A stretch of DNA of 58,059 bases, filler included, from Jimgerdemannia flammicorona (GCA_003990765.1; 3 parts of 3 records of this genome joined end to end with filler, not necessarily neighbours in it), one strand, 5' to 3'. Shown: positions 13,501 through 26,154, numbered from the whole stretch's first letter. The notes: generated by a model from the sequence alone, not told the origin. Made by a program: numbers and translations.

Positions 13501-16500
13501 TCTCTTCATTTGAATGGCAGAGATGATTTCGATTCCTTGGTAGTTGGTACCTTCCTGGGGTATCAGGGTGATCTTTCTGCCTTCATGGGTCAGGTTAACC
13601 TCATTGATCCTCCAGTTGATGTCTGGGTTGTGCTGGGTCAATCAGGCTTTTCCTAAGATAATGTCTTGTCCTGGGAGGTCTACAATGCTGAAGTCCAACT
13701 TCTCTTGATATTTGCCAATCTTGAGCAAAAGGTCTTTACAGATCTTAGTCAAAGGTGCAGTCTTTCCATCACTAAAGGTAACACTTCTTTTCTCAGCAGT
13801 GGGTCTGCTTCGGGCTCTAATCCTCTTGGCGGTCTTGGTGCTGATGTAGTTTCCAGTAGCACCACTATCAAGCAAGACATTGACATTTTGTCTGTGGACT
13901 TGGCCTGTAAACTTGATGCAACTATCCTCCTTCTTGATGGTATTGAGCTCTTCATCCTCGTTGTTGCCCCAATTGCTATCAGTCTCCTTGAAGTCAGTTT
14001 CTCTCCATTCTTCACAAGGAGGGTTGTCTTGTTTGGGTTCCTCAGTCTGTTGAGCTTGGCACTTCTCAGATTGAATTTTGAAAACTTTGGAGAGGCATGC
14101 ATGGCATTCACTAACATGTTCCATGCAGTACATTCGAATGGAATGAGGGCATCATCCACATGGTGCATAACTATCTGCAATTCTCTTGTATCAGTTTTCA
14201 TCATCTTCCTTCATGGTAGTGATCTTTTGACTGGGAGGTTTGTTGGTAGATCCAAACCCTTTCTTGCCATGATCTGTCCGGGAGAGTTCAGGGACTTCTT
14301 CAATGGTGAGATCTTGACAGATTTCTTCAATGATTGCTTGGGCAATTCTTTGGCCTGTTTTGACTTCAAATGAGGTATCTCCAAAATTTCGCAAGATGAC
14401 ATGGATTTCACCAGTAAATCCTTGGTCAACTACTCCTCCTCCTAGCCCAATGTTGAACTCTTTGGCTAGGCTGCTTCACTCAGCAAGGTGGATGTATGTA
14501 CTTCTGGGGGCTTGCATTGCAATTCCCATTTGCACTGTAGCATTGGTACTTGGTGGGATGGTGAGGTCTTGGCTGCTGTAGAGGTCATATCCAGCATCAG
14601 TTGGGTGGGCCTTAGTGGGAATGGTAGCCTTGTACCATATCTTCTGTACTTTGATGACATTCTCAGGGTTCTTCTTTCCTGGACCTTCTCCAATAACAGT
14701 AATGTTCTGGTTACTGGGTTCGCCTGATCTGTTTTTCTTCTCAGGGTATTTGACTGAGATGTATCCTGTCTTCTTGCAGATGAAGCACAATCCTTTTTCA
14801 CAGAGCTGCTTCTTCTCATCCTCAGTGGGAGGTCTGGGTCCTCTGGGGTTTCACTGGTTCCTTTGATTATATCTTTGATCATATCTTTGGTCATTCCTTT
14901 GATCATTTCTTTGATCATTTCTCCTGGTAGGATTTCTTCTATCTTGGTTATCCTTCTTATGTTCTTGATTTCGTGGAGCTTGCGTAGCAAGAATTTCGTG
15001 GGCTCTTCTTTGTACTTGGGCAAAGCACCATAAGTAGTGGGGGCATCCTTGGGGAAGACCTTGTTCCTTGATCTTCTGGGTGAGCCAGTCTGGTAGAGCT
15101 GCAAAGAGATGATTGGCTCTGGTACCATTGATGGCCAAATTGTTCTCCTGGTAGGTAAGTTCCACAGTTTTGAGATAGGCATCCATTTTGGTGGAAAAGG
15201 TCTCTAGATCCTCTTCGCCATTCTTGTGGAACTTCATCTGGGACAGTTTGTTCCATGTTTCTTGTATATAGGCTGCATTTTGGAATTTGGTCAATAGCAA
15301 GGCCTTGAGTCCTGGGCCTGCTTCATAGTCATCCCAACCTGGTCTATTGTTGCCAGGTACTTGTCCATTGACTTGAGGGCAGGCTTCCCAGGTTACTAGG
15401 TGTTGTTCCAAGGTTCACCAGAATTCGGATGCTGTTCCAATGAAGAATGTGGCTACTGTTTCTACTTGTGCTGCTGATGTGGCAAACAGCTGTTGAAGGG
15501 TGCTGTTCTAGTTGTTGGTGAGCATTCCTATAGGTACTCGGTTGTCATTCCATTGGTTTGCTCAGTAGCCTATATCAACTGCATTGATGAAGTTTTCGAT
15601 GTCACTGTTTTTTCCACTGAATATTGGGATTCACAAAGTCTTGGTTGGTTTGTTCTGTTCAGCAATCTGTCCTACTATCCCTGCTAGTGCTGCTAGCTGA
15701 GTGGTCAGTGCTGCAATGTTGACATCTACCATTGTACTGACTATTGGTGGTGGGCCTGTTGGGGTAGATTCTCCTGAAGATTGTTCCACTTGGTGAGGTT
15801 GTGGTGCTGTATGACTTGAAGTTACTTGGTTCCTAGATATTAAGTCAAAGAGTCCTGTGAGAGAGGGTAAACCAAACCTCTGTATAGGTGGCTGGGTTGG
15901 TTCTGGGGTCTGATCTTCTTGACCTGTGGTTCCTTGGTAAATTCCTAGGTCTGCTGTTCCTCATTGGCTATCGTCAGACTGGTAACCTGTAGAGTCTTCA
16001 TCTGACTCTCTTCCCTGATGACATAGTGTGTCCTCGTACTGACTAGGTCCTTCAAAGAGGATGTCAGTCTCTGGCTAGGTAGATGGACCTGCTTCTTGTT
16101 CAGCAGTAGGGGATGGATGGCCTGCTTACTTGTTCTCATACCTAGTTATAGCAGAGGCATAGTATACAACTAGCCTGTAGTAGAGGGAGGTCTTGGTTGG
16201 TGTATGATGATATCTGTTAGAGGCAATCCACTTGGCAGCTGCTTCTCTTGCAGCAGGGGGTATGATATAATCTAAAAAATCCTGGGTGGCTACAGCAGTA
16301 GATTCTGGGGTCCTAGTGGTTCCAATGTGTCCTCAGAGGAGTTCGTAGAACCTATGGTGGCTAACAATATTCCTAAGTCCTGGGTGGTATGTCCTAAAGG
16401 CCTGGTATAGATCCTTGTAAGCCTGGTCAATTACAAGCTGGTGGGTTCTTGGGTCTGTGGTTTCCTGGTACCACCTGGTCCTAATGGCAAGGGCTTCTCT

Positions 16501-16521
16501 GGCTCTGGTTTGAGGATCCAC
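10524..16521 (-). pseudogene. Degenerate single-ORF gag-dUTPase-pro-pol-chromo polyprotein of copy B
   Basis: ORF pieces 14851-15411, 14476-14790, 14191-14394, 13642-14133, 13156-13641 and 12292-12549 are all in one frame. LLDSGATGNY protease motif present. Confidence 0.92.
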
Positions 16522-16622
16522 AGTTATTTCTGAGAGTTACTCCTGTCCAAGGTTGGTCTTGTTCCAACTTCAGGAGTGTGTTCTTTAATGCCTTTTTGGC
16601 TGGTAAACTGCTGCTACCAAGT

Positions 16623-17408
16623 TGTAATAACTCTCACTTCTACCCCTCTCTTATCCTTAGGATAATTAGGGAAGTGGACTATTACTTAGGGACTTAGTAC
16701 ATAATGTGTACCAAGAAGCCTTCAGTTTGAGGAAGCACTTGCTTAAAGTAGTTGTAGCGGCAGTGTCTTATCTTTCAAAGGTCTTTCTCTTGTGCTCTAT
16801 TTCGAGGGTCTTGTTCTTTGCTGTACACAGACTGAATTCACCTTGGAATTCAGGTTCAATGGGTTTACTTAAGTCTTTGGGGATTTATATACCAGTCTCA
16901 GTTCTGGCAGAAGTTAGCTAGGCTTCTGGAGTTTAGTCAGAAACACTAGAGTCACTTAGGTGTCATTACTAAGACTCAGGGGAATGTGTGTGTATGGGGG
17001 GGGGACTTGATTCTTGTATCAAGAACTGAACTAAAACTGGTTTATTTCAGATGGAAAACTGGGAGGTATTTATACAAGTTGGTCTGCAATTTCTGACTAA
17101 GTATGAGTGACTAATTTGGTAACTATAATGAGGTTTTTGATCATGACCTTTGTCAGGTGGTTTTTGGTAAAGAATATCTTTGTGATCAGGACCTCAATTA
17201 TTAGGCAATGATCAGCAGCTGTGGCAACTGTTGCTGCGGCACCAATTATTGAGAATAAGCTGGATATCGTTTTCCACATCGTTTTGCATCATTCGTTTGT
17301 TATTCATATGCCGTGTTCGATCATATGGTGACGTCATCACCTGCCGGGTCACGTGATCACTCGTCGTTTGTCACGTCCCATCTGTTTGTGCTCTTTCATT
17401 CTATTACA
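16623..17408 (-). repeat. 5' LTR of copy B
   Basis: Same termini. About 30 bp shorter than the 3' LTR through loss between two TCAAAGGTCTTTCT direct repeats. Confidence 0.93.
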
Positions 17409-17576
17409 CTGTGGTTTCCTGGTACCACCTGGTCCTAATGGCAAGGGCTTCTCTGACTCTGGTTTGAGGATCTACAGTTGATTCTGGGGGTTACTCCTGT
17501 CCAAGGTTGGTCTTGTTCCAACTTTAGGAGTTTATTCTTTGGTGCCTTCTTGGCTGGTAATCTGCTGCTACCAAGT

Positions 17577-18334
17577 TGTAATAACTCTCACTTCTACCCC
17601 TCTCTTATCCTTTGGATAATTAGGGAAGTGGACTATTACTTAGAGACTTAGTATATAATGTGTACCAAGAAGCCTTCAGTTTGAGAAAGTACTTACTTAT
17701 AAGTAAATATAGTGGTAGTGCCTTCTGTTTCAAAGGTCTTTCTCTGTTGCCCTATTTCGAGGGTCTTGTTCTTTACTGTACACAGACTGAATTTGCCTTG
17801 GAATTCAAGTTCAATGAGTTTACTTAAATCTTTGGGGATTTATATACCAGTCTCAGTTCTGGCAGAAGTTAGCTAGGCTTCTGGAGTTTAGTCAGAAACA
17901 CTAGAGTCACTTAGATGTCATTACTAAGACTTAGGGAAATGTGTGTGTGTGGGGGGAACTTGATTCTTGCATCAAGGACTGAACTAAAACTGCTTTATTT
18001 CAGGTAAAAACTGGGGGGTATTTATACAAGTTGGTCCATGATTTCTGACTAAGTATGAGTAACTAATTTGGAAACTATAATGAGGTTTGTAATTGTAATC
18101 TTTGTCAGGTAGTTTTTGGCAAAAACAACTTTGTGATCAGAACCTCAATTACTAGGCAATGATCAGCTGCTGTGGCAACTATTGCTATAGCACCAATTGT
18201 TGGAGATAAGCTGGATATTGTTTTCCACATTGTTTTGCATCATTCGCATCATTCATATAATGATGTCATCACTGTCAGGTCACATGATCACTTGTCACGT
18301 CCCATCTGTTCACTTGCTCATTCATTCTATTACA
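17577..18334 (-). repeat. 5' LTR of copy A
   Basis: TGTAATAACT...TCTATTACA, preceded by the PBS complement CTGCTGCTACCA. Confidence 0.92.
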
Positions 18335-18405
18335 GCTAATGTATCTGGTAGTAAGTACAAGACAACCCTGGTAGCAGGAACTGGTGAGCTGGTGGTATAA
18401 CCATT

Positions 18406-19287
18406 TATAATAACTCTCACTTCAACCCCTCTCTTATTCTTTGGATAATTAGGGAAGTAGACTATTACTTAGGGACTTAGTATACAATGTATACCAAGAA
18501 GCCTTCAGTTTGAGGAAGTGCTCACTTATAAGTAGTTATAGCAGCAGTGCCTTCTGTTTCAAAGGTCTTTCTCTTGTGCCCTATTTCAAGGGTCTTGTTT
18601 TTTACTGTGTACAGACTGAATTCACCTTGGAATTCAAGTTCAATTGGGTTTACTTAAGTCTTTGGGAATTTATATACTGGTCTCAGTTCTGGCAGAAGTT
18701 AGCTAGGCTTCTAGAGTTTAGTCAGAAATACTAGAGTTACTTAGGTGTCATTACTAAGACTCAGGAGAATGTATATGTGTGGGGGAGACTTGATTCTTAT
18801 ATCAAGGACTGAACTAAAACTGCTTTATTTCGGATAGACACTGGGGGATATTTATACAAGTTAGTCCGCGATTTCTGACTAAGTATGAGTGACTAATTTG
18901 GTAACTATAATGAGATTTGTGATTGTGACCTTTGTTAGGTAGTTTTTGGTAAAAAACACTTTATGATCAGGATCTCAATTACTAGGCAATAATCAGCTGC
19001 TGTGGCAACTGTTGCTGTAGTACTGATTGTTGGAGATAAGCTGAATATCGTTTTCTGCATCATTTTACATCATTCATCATTCGTAATTCATATGTCATAC
19101 TTCATTCATATGATGACGTCATCACTGCTGGGTCACATAATTGCTCATCTCATCATGTCCTATCTGTTCACTTGCTTGTTTGTTCTATTACATTCTTCTC
19201 TTCTTAGAAATCAACATCCTCATTTTGGAAATTAAGAATCAGGGGAGAGAAAGGTTGGGAATTCTCCTCTGGGTTATTGCTTTTTTT
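18406..19287 (-). mobile_element. 3' LTR (18406-19192) and end of ORF3 of Gypsy copy C, cut by the linker
   Basis: Full LTR followed by PPT complement and the ORF3 C-terminal sequence. Confidence 0.88.
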
Positions 19288-19387
19288 NNNNNNNNNNNNN
19301 NNNNNNNNNNNNNNNNNNNNNNNNNNNNNNNTTAATTAATTAANNNNNNNNNNNNNNNNNNNNNNNNNNNNNNNNNNNNNNNNNNNN
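19288..19387. other. Artificial contig linker/gap
   Basis: 44 N + TTAATTAATTAA (stops in all six frames) + 44 N. Confidence 0.97.
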
Positions 19388-20200
19388 TTTTATGGACTCA
19401 ATGTCCTACAGATTTTTATTAAAAGAAAGTCTAGACTATATAGGCCAAAACCCTCCCCCACCACCCATCAAGCACTGCCCCCTCATTAACTTAGGCTAGC
19501 TATTGTCCAGCAGCTTGACCATGTCAGGCACAGTAGCCTATATTAGTCTGCACCTCATTCTGCACACTATACTCTCCCTATCACCAGGGGAAACCCAGTC
19601 ATATGCCAACAACCAAAAGCATATGCCCAAGAACCCAATATATGTACAAGACTACACCCAAGCTGAATAGAATAGTCTCTGCCACTTCAAAGAGAATAAT
19701 AGGTAAAGAAAAACTCTTATCAAAGTACAATATGGTAGGTAGGGCCTAGTTCTCTTAGTCAAGATGAGTAAAGAACTTATACATAAGGTGAGAGGAGATC
19801 CCCAATACCCCACTACTCAAACCTGTGGGCCTCAATCACATTGCCATATCAGCTCCTAGTTCCAGTTGAGTATAGCCTAGATACTTAAAATGAGTAGCCT
19901 TGGACCCCTTGACCCCTCCAAACAACTGAGGCCCAATCTGCTGAATCGCCAAAAGAAGCCAAGAGTGACACCTACCACCTAACCATGCCACACCAATCAA
20001 AAGACCCCACTGAAGTAGCACTCACCCCAGCCCTGATAACTACCTCCAGTCTGGTATCTTACTGGTTCACTGTTATGTATCACTCTTTCTCCTATCTGTA
20101 ATAGCATCTCTTCTTCCATCTCAACAATACCCAAAAAGCAGTCACCTATGCCAGAACTGTACTCACCAGAAAGCTCATATGTCATACCACAAATACTGTA
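19388..20200 (-). mobile_element. Highly degraded non-LTR retrotransposon (RT region) remnant
   Basis: CpG-depleted, purine-rich minus strand with a HFKYLGY motif resembling the LINE RT C-terminal (F/Y)KYLG motif. No intact ORF. Confidence 0.35.
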
Positions 20201-20928
20201 ATGATAAAGAGTAGATCTTCTGCAAGCTCATCAATCTCATTATTATCAGTATCAATATTAGAACTAAGTACTATAAGTTAAGTTTTATTTTTTTTACAAA
20301 GATCTACTCTATAAGCTTTGATCCAAAATGACACAGCTGGTTCTTTTAGATAACCACCACTTCTTTGACTTCTCCTGTATATATATATTTCAAAAGGGCT
20401 ATAAAACCCTATATTTTCAGTTGAATCCTAAACTAATATTACTAATAATCTCATGACCTGAAAAATACTATTGCAGGTCAGTAATTTGTCATTCAAGATC
20501 TCATTATTGGTGTTCTGAGCTAACTCTGGCATAGCAGACCTTGACCTTTTTTGTGGTTTGGTTTGTTGGTTGGTTGTTACCAAAAGCTTTTTGCACATCT
20601 GCAATAAAGTAGAGTTGTTTGCAATTTTTTCAAAAATGGCCCACTATTGCAGTATCTCAATGTCTCTTGTATTTTGCTTATGCTTGTGTATGTAGTATTG
20701 GTTTGAGCCAGGTGTATTTTTGTAGGATTGTGGAATAATGCGGAGTATTCACAAAAGGTAATATGTGTTGTTTTAAAAAAGGTAACGCCACTAAATGTAT
20801 GGTCATGTGTATTGAACGGTTAATGGGCTCAAGTCCGGTCACTATCATGGCAATTTCACGTGACTTTGTATTCCACATTTTTGCAGGTTTTTTATTGTGA
20901 TTTGCTTCCGTCCCTCTACGAAATCACA

Positions 20929-23900
20929 ATGAGCGACTCTGGCGACTCGAAAAGCTACAACGCCGTGCCCCCGCCCCCTTCTCTCAGCTCCGCCGGTCCT
21001 ACCGTTGACTTCAATGACGCCCTGTCAAGGGTAAAGGCTATCGCCGCCCGTCTAGCCAAACAAAACCCCACCTCCGTCGCCGTGCCAGGTAATTATGTGC
21101 CTCCAAGCAGTTTGAGTTTCCATCCAGTCCATACCGCCTCCCGACTTCTCACTGATTCTCCTTCCTCCCAAACCCCGCAGCCCCGCCGCCGGCCCCCGCA
21201 CAGGGCGTCAAGCGCAGTTTCGACTTCGGCGACGACCCCTCGTCACGGAGCCAGGACGACGGCGAGGACCGTGACCGCGACGCGTACACCCGAAACCGGT
21301 CCAGTGCCAGCGAGACGAGCTCACACGACGGGTATGGCGACTACGGGCGCGAGGCGAAGCGGAACGCGCTCGACTCCGGGTCCTCCAGGCCATCTTGTGA
21401 GTTTCGGGGACGGTCTCGTTTCGCGAGTTTGTGTGTGTGTGCATGCCTGCCCGCTTAGTCTCGGGTTATTTAGGAGACTGACTTTGTTTATTTTGACATG
21501 GTTTCCCGGGTTTTAGACAATGCTGGTGGCGAATCAAGACGGTTTGGCCTCGGTAGCGAAGAACGGAAGGCGCAGTCAGCGTATGGCTCTGGTGTCACGC
21601 AGCCTGCTGCGACCATTCAGCAAGAGTTTACTGTTCCAGTATGGGTCCATAAAATCATTCTTTGTACCCCTGCCCTTTTTCCTCTTTGGATTTTATCATG
21701 TCTGATTTCGGATATGATTCTTGCGTTTCTCTTCTTCTCCATGTAGAACTCATTGGTGGGCTTAGTCATCGGCAAGGGTGGTGAGAACCTGAAGAGGATA
21801 GAGAGAACATCAGGGGCGAAAGTTCAGTTTTCGCAAGGTAAATTGGGTAAAAGGCATATTTATTTATTTTTCATTCTCTAGTAATTATCAATTAAATACA
21901 CATAGTAGGATGAATTCTCCAAGGAAAATTCAAGAAAAAAAAAAGACAATTTAAGCTGAAGGGCATGAACTTGAATATTCTCTTTCCATTTGTCAGACCA
22001 ACCCTCTACAGATCCCGACCGCAGGGTTACCGTTACCGGTCGCCACGAGGACGTCAAGAGCGCCCGTGAGATGATCCAACAAGCCCTCGACGACGCCCGT
22101 GCCGCAGACCTAGCCCGACGCGGCAGCGGGCCCGGCCTGACTGCCAGCGCCGCCGCGGTCGGCCGCATGACGCTTACCATTACGATTCCGTCCGCCAAGG
22201 TGGGCCTCGTGATCGGGCGCGGCGGCGAGACAATTCGCGATCTGCAGGACCGCAGCGGCGCTAAGATCATGGTGACGCCTGACAATGCCGCGGAGAAGGC
22301 TGCGGAGCGGACGGTGAACCTCGTTGGCGAGGACGACGCGATCCAGCGCGCCAAAGCGCTGATCGACGAGATCGTGAACGCCGACGCCGGTATCGACAAG
22401 GTTACCCCGAGTCGCGACTGGTCCGCCTACCGCCAGCCCGCCCCCAACGACGAGACCGGCAGCCAGGGCAGCGGCGGCGGCGGGTCTGCCTACGGGGGTA
22501 GCGGTGGTCGCGGTGGCGAGCTCATGCGGAACTCATATGGCGAGCCGCCGCGTCGCGAGGAGCGCGAGCGCGTGCACAACCCCATGGAAACCCGGATGGA
22601 GCGGCTCGAAAGGATGGAGCGGGAGGGAAGGCAGGAGCCTAGGCAGCAGCACGATTTCCATGCGGAGAGGGGCGAGTATGGGCAGGGGGAAAGAGGCGGC
22701 TATGGGCCCCGCAGGTCGGAAGAGAGCGAGACGATCCAGGTGCCGAATGACTCGGTCGGTTTTATCATTGGGAAAGGTGTGTTGACGATTATTATTGTTT
22801 GGCGATAATGTCATCGTATGAGGGATAGATTTTCTCGTTTGGCTGGATTCAGCCTGGCGAGATTTGCCACATGCGTCCTTGTCTAACACCAATATCGATT
22901 CATTTTCTCAGGTGGCGAAACCGTGCGCATGTTGCAAGACCAATCCGGTGCCAAGATCAAGGTCGAGCAAGTTCGCGGTGGGCCACCCAGTGCCGAACGG
23001 AACGTGTTCATCTATGGTAAGCCTCCGCATGATGTCGACCTTAACATTGGCGCACACAGGGCCGGCTCGAATTTATGCCGATATATGTTGCGTCTTCGAC
23101 AAATGTACGGGCCATGAAACCTTCGCGTTGCGTCCTGTTGTCATAACCCACGTCGCTCCCCTTCGTACAGGTAACGCAGAGACGATCAGCCGTGCCAAGC
23201 AGCTGATCACGGACAAGATCGCCTCGGGAAACGTAAATCGTCGTTCTTTTTCTTTGTTCATTCGCTCTCGTTCATCCTTTTCGCAGTGTCGTGCTCTTTT
23301 GTTTCGTTGGCCGCATTTTGCATCATACGTTGGGAGCTAGCTCGGCCTTGCCACCGGTGAAATTGTGTAAGGGTAGCCATCGTATCACCCGAGCGTGTGT
23401 TTTGTTGATCCGTCGAACAAACCCCTCCCTTCCCCGTCTTCCCCCTTCCCACCTCCTTTTCCCACCCTCTCTCTCTCTCTCTCGCATTGTGCCATGCTGA
23501 TCCCATACGATATCGATGATATGATTGGGTGAATGCGTGTGCTCTCCATTGCATGACATGTTCGCGTGCGTTCCTTGTTCGCGTCTGTTCGGAATGTCCG
23601 CCTCCTCCTCCCCCTCCAATAGCAGCGCGAAAGAGGTCAAGGTGGAGGGTACGGTGGCCGTGGCGGTGGCGAGCATGGCCGAAGGTAGGGTTTTTCTATA
23701 TCGCGTCATTTGTGTTTTGATTCTTTAGTTCACTGTTTGCTTTAATTTGATATCCGAAATCTGATGTCGTCTATCGCCTTTGTTGTGCATACCACCAACC
23801 CCTATATTCCATCACCTTACAGTGGCGGTGACTACGGCTACGGCACGGGTGGTTACGGCGGTGGCGGCTACGGTGGTGGCGGCTACAACCAGCAACAGCA

Positions 23901-24685
23901 GCAAGGCGCGTACGGCCAGTACGGCCAGCAGCAACAGCAGCCGCAGGCCGATTACTCGCAGTATTACGCACAGTACGGCTACGGTCAAGGTGGGTACGGT
24001 CAGGCTACACCGCCTGTTCCTGGTCAGCAAGCTCCTGGCGCGCCCGGAACAGCTATGGCGCCTTCTGGTAGGTTTCGATTTTGAGTGTGGTTGGAATGGA
24101 TTGCGCCATAATTGTAGTTGAGAGCACGTGATGACGAGATCTGGTTCATCATACTCCTGACATCGTGCAGGTTACAACTACGGCCAAGCCCCTCCAGCTG
24201 CTTCTCAATACCCTGGATATCCGGGATACTCGTACGGTCAGTATGCCGCTCCAGGCACCGCCTCTGCCTCGTCCCCACCGCCGCCCGGTTCGACCACCGC
24301 ACCACCCGGCGCCCCCGGCGCCCCCGGCGCCACGGCCCCCGGCGCCCCCCCTACCACCGACCCTAGCACGCAAGCTCCCGGTGCCGCCGCGACAGGTGCG
24401 GCTTCCGGCACGGCGGCCCAACCGACTTACGATTATGCCGCCTACGCGCAGTACTACGCCCAGAACCCCCAGGAACCATATGCTGCCTATTATTACCAAT
24501 ACTATAGCCAGCAGCAGTATGGTCAGCAGTACGGTCAGTATCCCGCGGACCCCAACGCGGCCGCCGCTCCGGCGCCGGGGACCGAGGCTGCTTCTGCGGC
24601 CGCTCCCCCCGCGGGTCCTCTGGCGCCCGGTGGTGCTGGTGAAGCCGATGCGGGAAATGGGCCCGATGGTGAGGGGCCTAAGTAA
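20929..24685 (+). CDS. KH-domain RNA-binding protein, FUBP/KSRP(PSI)-like, multi-exon
   Basis: N-terminal DFNDALSRVKAIAARL helix. Three KH GxxG loops (VGLVIGKGGE, VGLVIGRGGE, VGFIIGKGGE). Tyr/Gln-rich C-terminal DYSQYYAQY / DYAAYAQYY repeats. GT-AG introns, e.g. 21089-21180, 21397-21516, 21639-21746, 21838-21996. Confidence 0.85.
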
Positions 24686-25143
24686 TATTCGTAGGGTACG
24701 ATGAATGATTGGTGGGGTTTTCTCTAGGGACATAAGTAGGTGCCGTGCGTTGGGTAAGATGGGATATAGGATTGTGCTCGACGGTAACGACCATGATCTT
24801 TGATGAATGTTACGGATAAGAATGGGGTGCTTTGTATGTGTTTGAATTTGTATCCGAGTTCGCCTCCGTTTCGTTTGCATTTCAAGGGGTTTCTATCTTT
24901 GATTCATTTTTCACCCATTCTCGTAATTTTCATCGACTTGTGAATCTATGGTATTTGTAAGTGGATGATGTCTATTGTCGGATGATCAGCGAGCAGACTA
25001 ATGATGCTTTCTTGTTCTCAGACAGCACCGACGTATGTTGGGTTGAGTGTAGGGAAAGGGAAAATAAAAATTGTTAAACGTGTGACGTCATGCCTCTTCC
25101 TGAAGTTGCAGAAACACGCAATGTGACCCTCTCCTTCTCCAAA

Positions 25144-26154
25144 ATGGAGAACTCCTTCGCGAAACTCCTGCGCGCATCGCGTCTCGCCTCCTTCGACCCC
25201 GCCATCCCACAAGTCTACACCTCGCGCGGCCGCTCCATGGCCATCGGTGATTGGGGCCTGAAGCGCAATCTCCCGACCGTGATCCGCACCAACGTCCTCA
25301 CTATCCAGGCCCTTGACACAACCGAGCACCAGACCCCCTGGCGGTCCGCACAAGACTCGACGTTGTTCCTCAAACGCTGGAAGGAGAATTTTCCCGCCTC
25401 GAAAACGCCCGCCCCACGCTCCAGCACGCTCCCCCACAACCTCGCGACCATGTCCGAGGGAGAATGGAAGCATTTCCTCACCCAGGCTGCGGCCCGCAAG
25501 AAAAAGTGGCGCCTCAATAAGTCCAAGGACGCCACCAACGCGGAACTCCTCACCTTCCTCAACGCTACGTCCACCGCTGACCATACCATCGTCGGCCCGA
25601 CTTATTCCGCCGTCTCGAACCCGGAGCCGTGGCAGGTGCAAGGCAGGGTGCTGAACATCAATATACCCGGCTCGGGCTACGTGGGCTACTCGAGCTACAA
25701 TGTCGGGATCGCCGGCGTGGTCGCGTCCATGCAGCGCAACAGCTATTTTGCCCGGAACCGCGAGCTGCAGAAGTTCAACGTGCAGCGCGCTGAGATCGAC
25801 CTCCAAACCGGGAAGCCCTCCGTAACTGTGTTGCTGTCTCAGACAACCGAAAAGAACGACACGTTCATGGCGCCCGATAACCCGCGAATGAGCTTTTTTG
25901 ACGGGAATGACGCGGTGTTGTCGGCGGATGCGATATTTGCGACGGAGAGGAAGCCGATTAGAAATGGGACGCATGAGACGATTATGGATAAGATTGTCGA
26001 TTTAATGAGGGCGGATGACGACCTAGGGGTGAAAGAGGAGAGAAAAACTAAGTATACAAAGCATACTGAGGCGGATGACGACCTAGGGGTGAAAGAGATG
26101 AGAAAAACTAACTATACAAGCGTACTGGGGAGGATGAAGTCATCGAGGGATTGA
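25144..26154 (+). CDS. MRP51: Mitochondrial small-subunit ribosomal protein Mrp51 (bS1m)
   Basis: SFAKLLRASRLA...GDWGLKRNLP...DTTEHQTPW, typical of fungal Mrp51. Single exon. An upstream ATG at 25090 is possible. Confidence 0.8.
   Translation: MENSFAKLLRASRLASFDPAIPQVYTSRGRSMAIGDWGLKRNLPTVIRTNVLTIQALDTTEHQTPWRSAQDSTLFLKRWKENFPASKTPAPRSSTLPHNLATMSEGEWKHFLTQAAARKKKWRLNKSKDATNAELLTFLNATSTADHTIVGPTYSAVSNPEPWQVQGRVLNINIPGSGYVGYSSYNVGIAGVVASMQRNSYFARNRELQKFNVQRAEIDLQTGKPSVTVLLSQTTEKNDTFMAPDNPRMSFFDGNDAVLSADAIFATERKPIRNGTHETIMDKIVDLMRADDDLGVKEERKTKYTKHTEADDDLGVKEMRKTNYTSVLGRMKSSRD
26008..26127 (+). repeat. 60-bp tandem duplication in the MRP51 3' end
   Basis: GCGGATGACGACCTAGGGGTGAAAGAG at 26011 and 26071; ADDDLGVKE.RKT.YT occurs twice. 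Confidence 0.9.

Larger units (their letters stand above)
8226..17408 (-). mobile_element. Full-length Gypsy/chromovirus copy B nested in the leader of copy A
   Basis: LTRs 8226-9042 and 16623-17408. TSD CTGTG at 8221-8225 and 17409-17413. PBS 16606-16619. All internal domains present. Confidence 0.95.
333..18334 (-). mobile_element. Gypsy/chromovirus LTR retrotransposon copy A (degenerate; interrupted by copy B at 8226-17408)
   Basis: 3' LTR 333-827 (left-truncated), PPT just right of it, ORF3, then chromo-IN-RH-RT(YIDD)-PR-dUTPase-Gag fragments. The leader resumes at 17414, PBS ~17560-17573, 5' LTR 17577-18334. Confidence 0.92.

Noticed and set aside
13666..14373. Long antisense ORFs over gag-pol (also 48018-48626, 10545-11126, 25018-25974)
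   Set aside because: Shadow frames of real coding sequence, with inconsistent boundaries among copies and no recognisable motifs.
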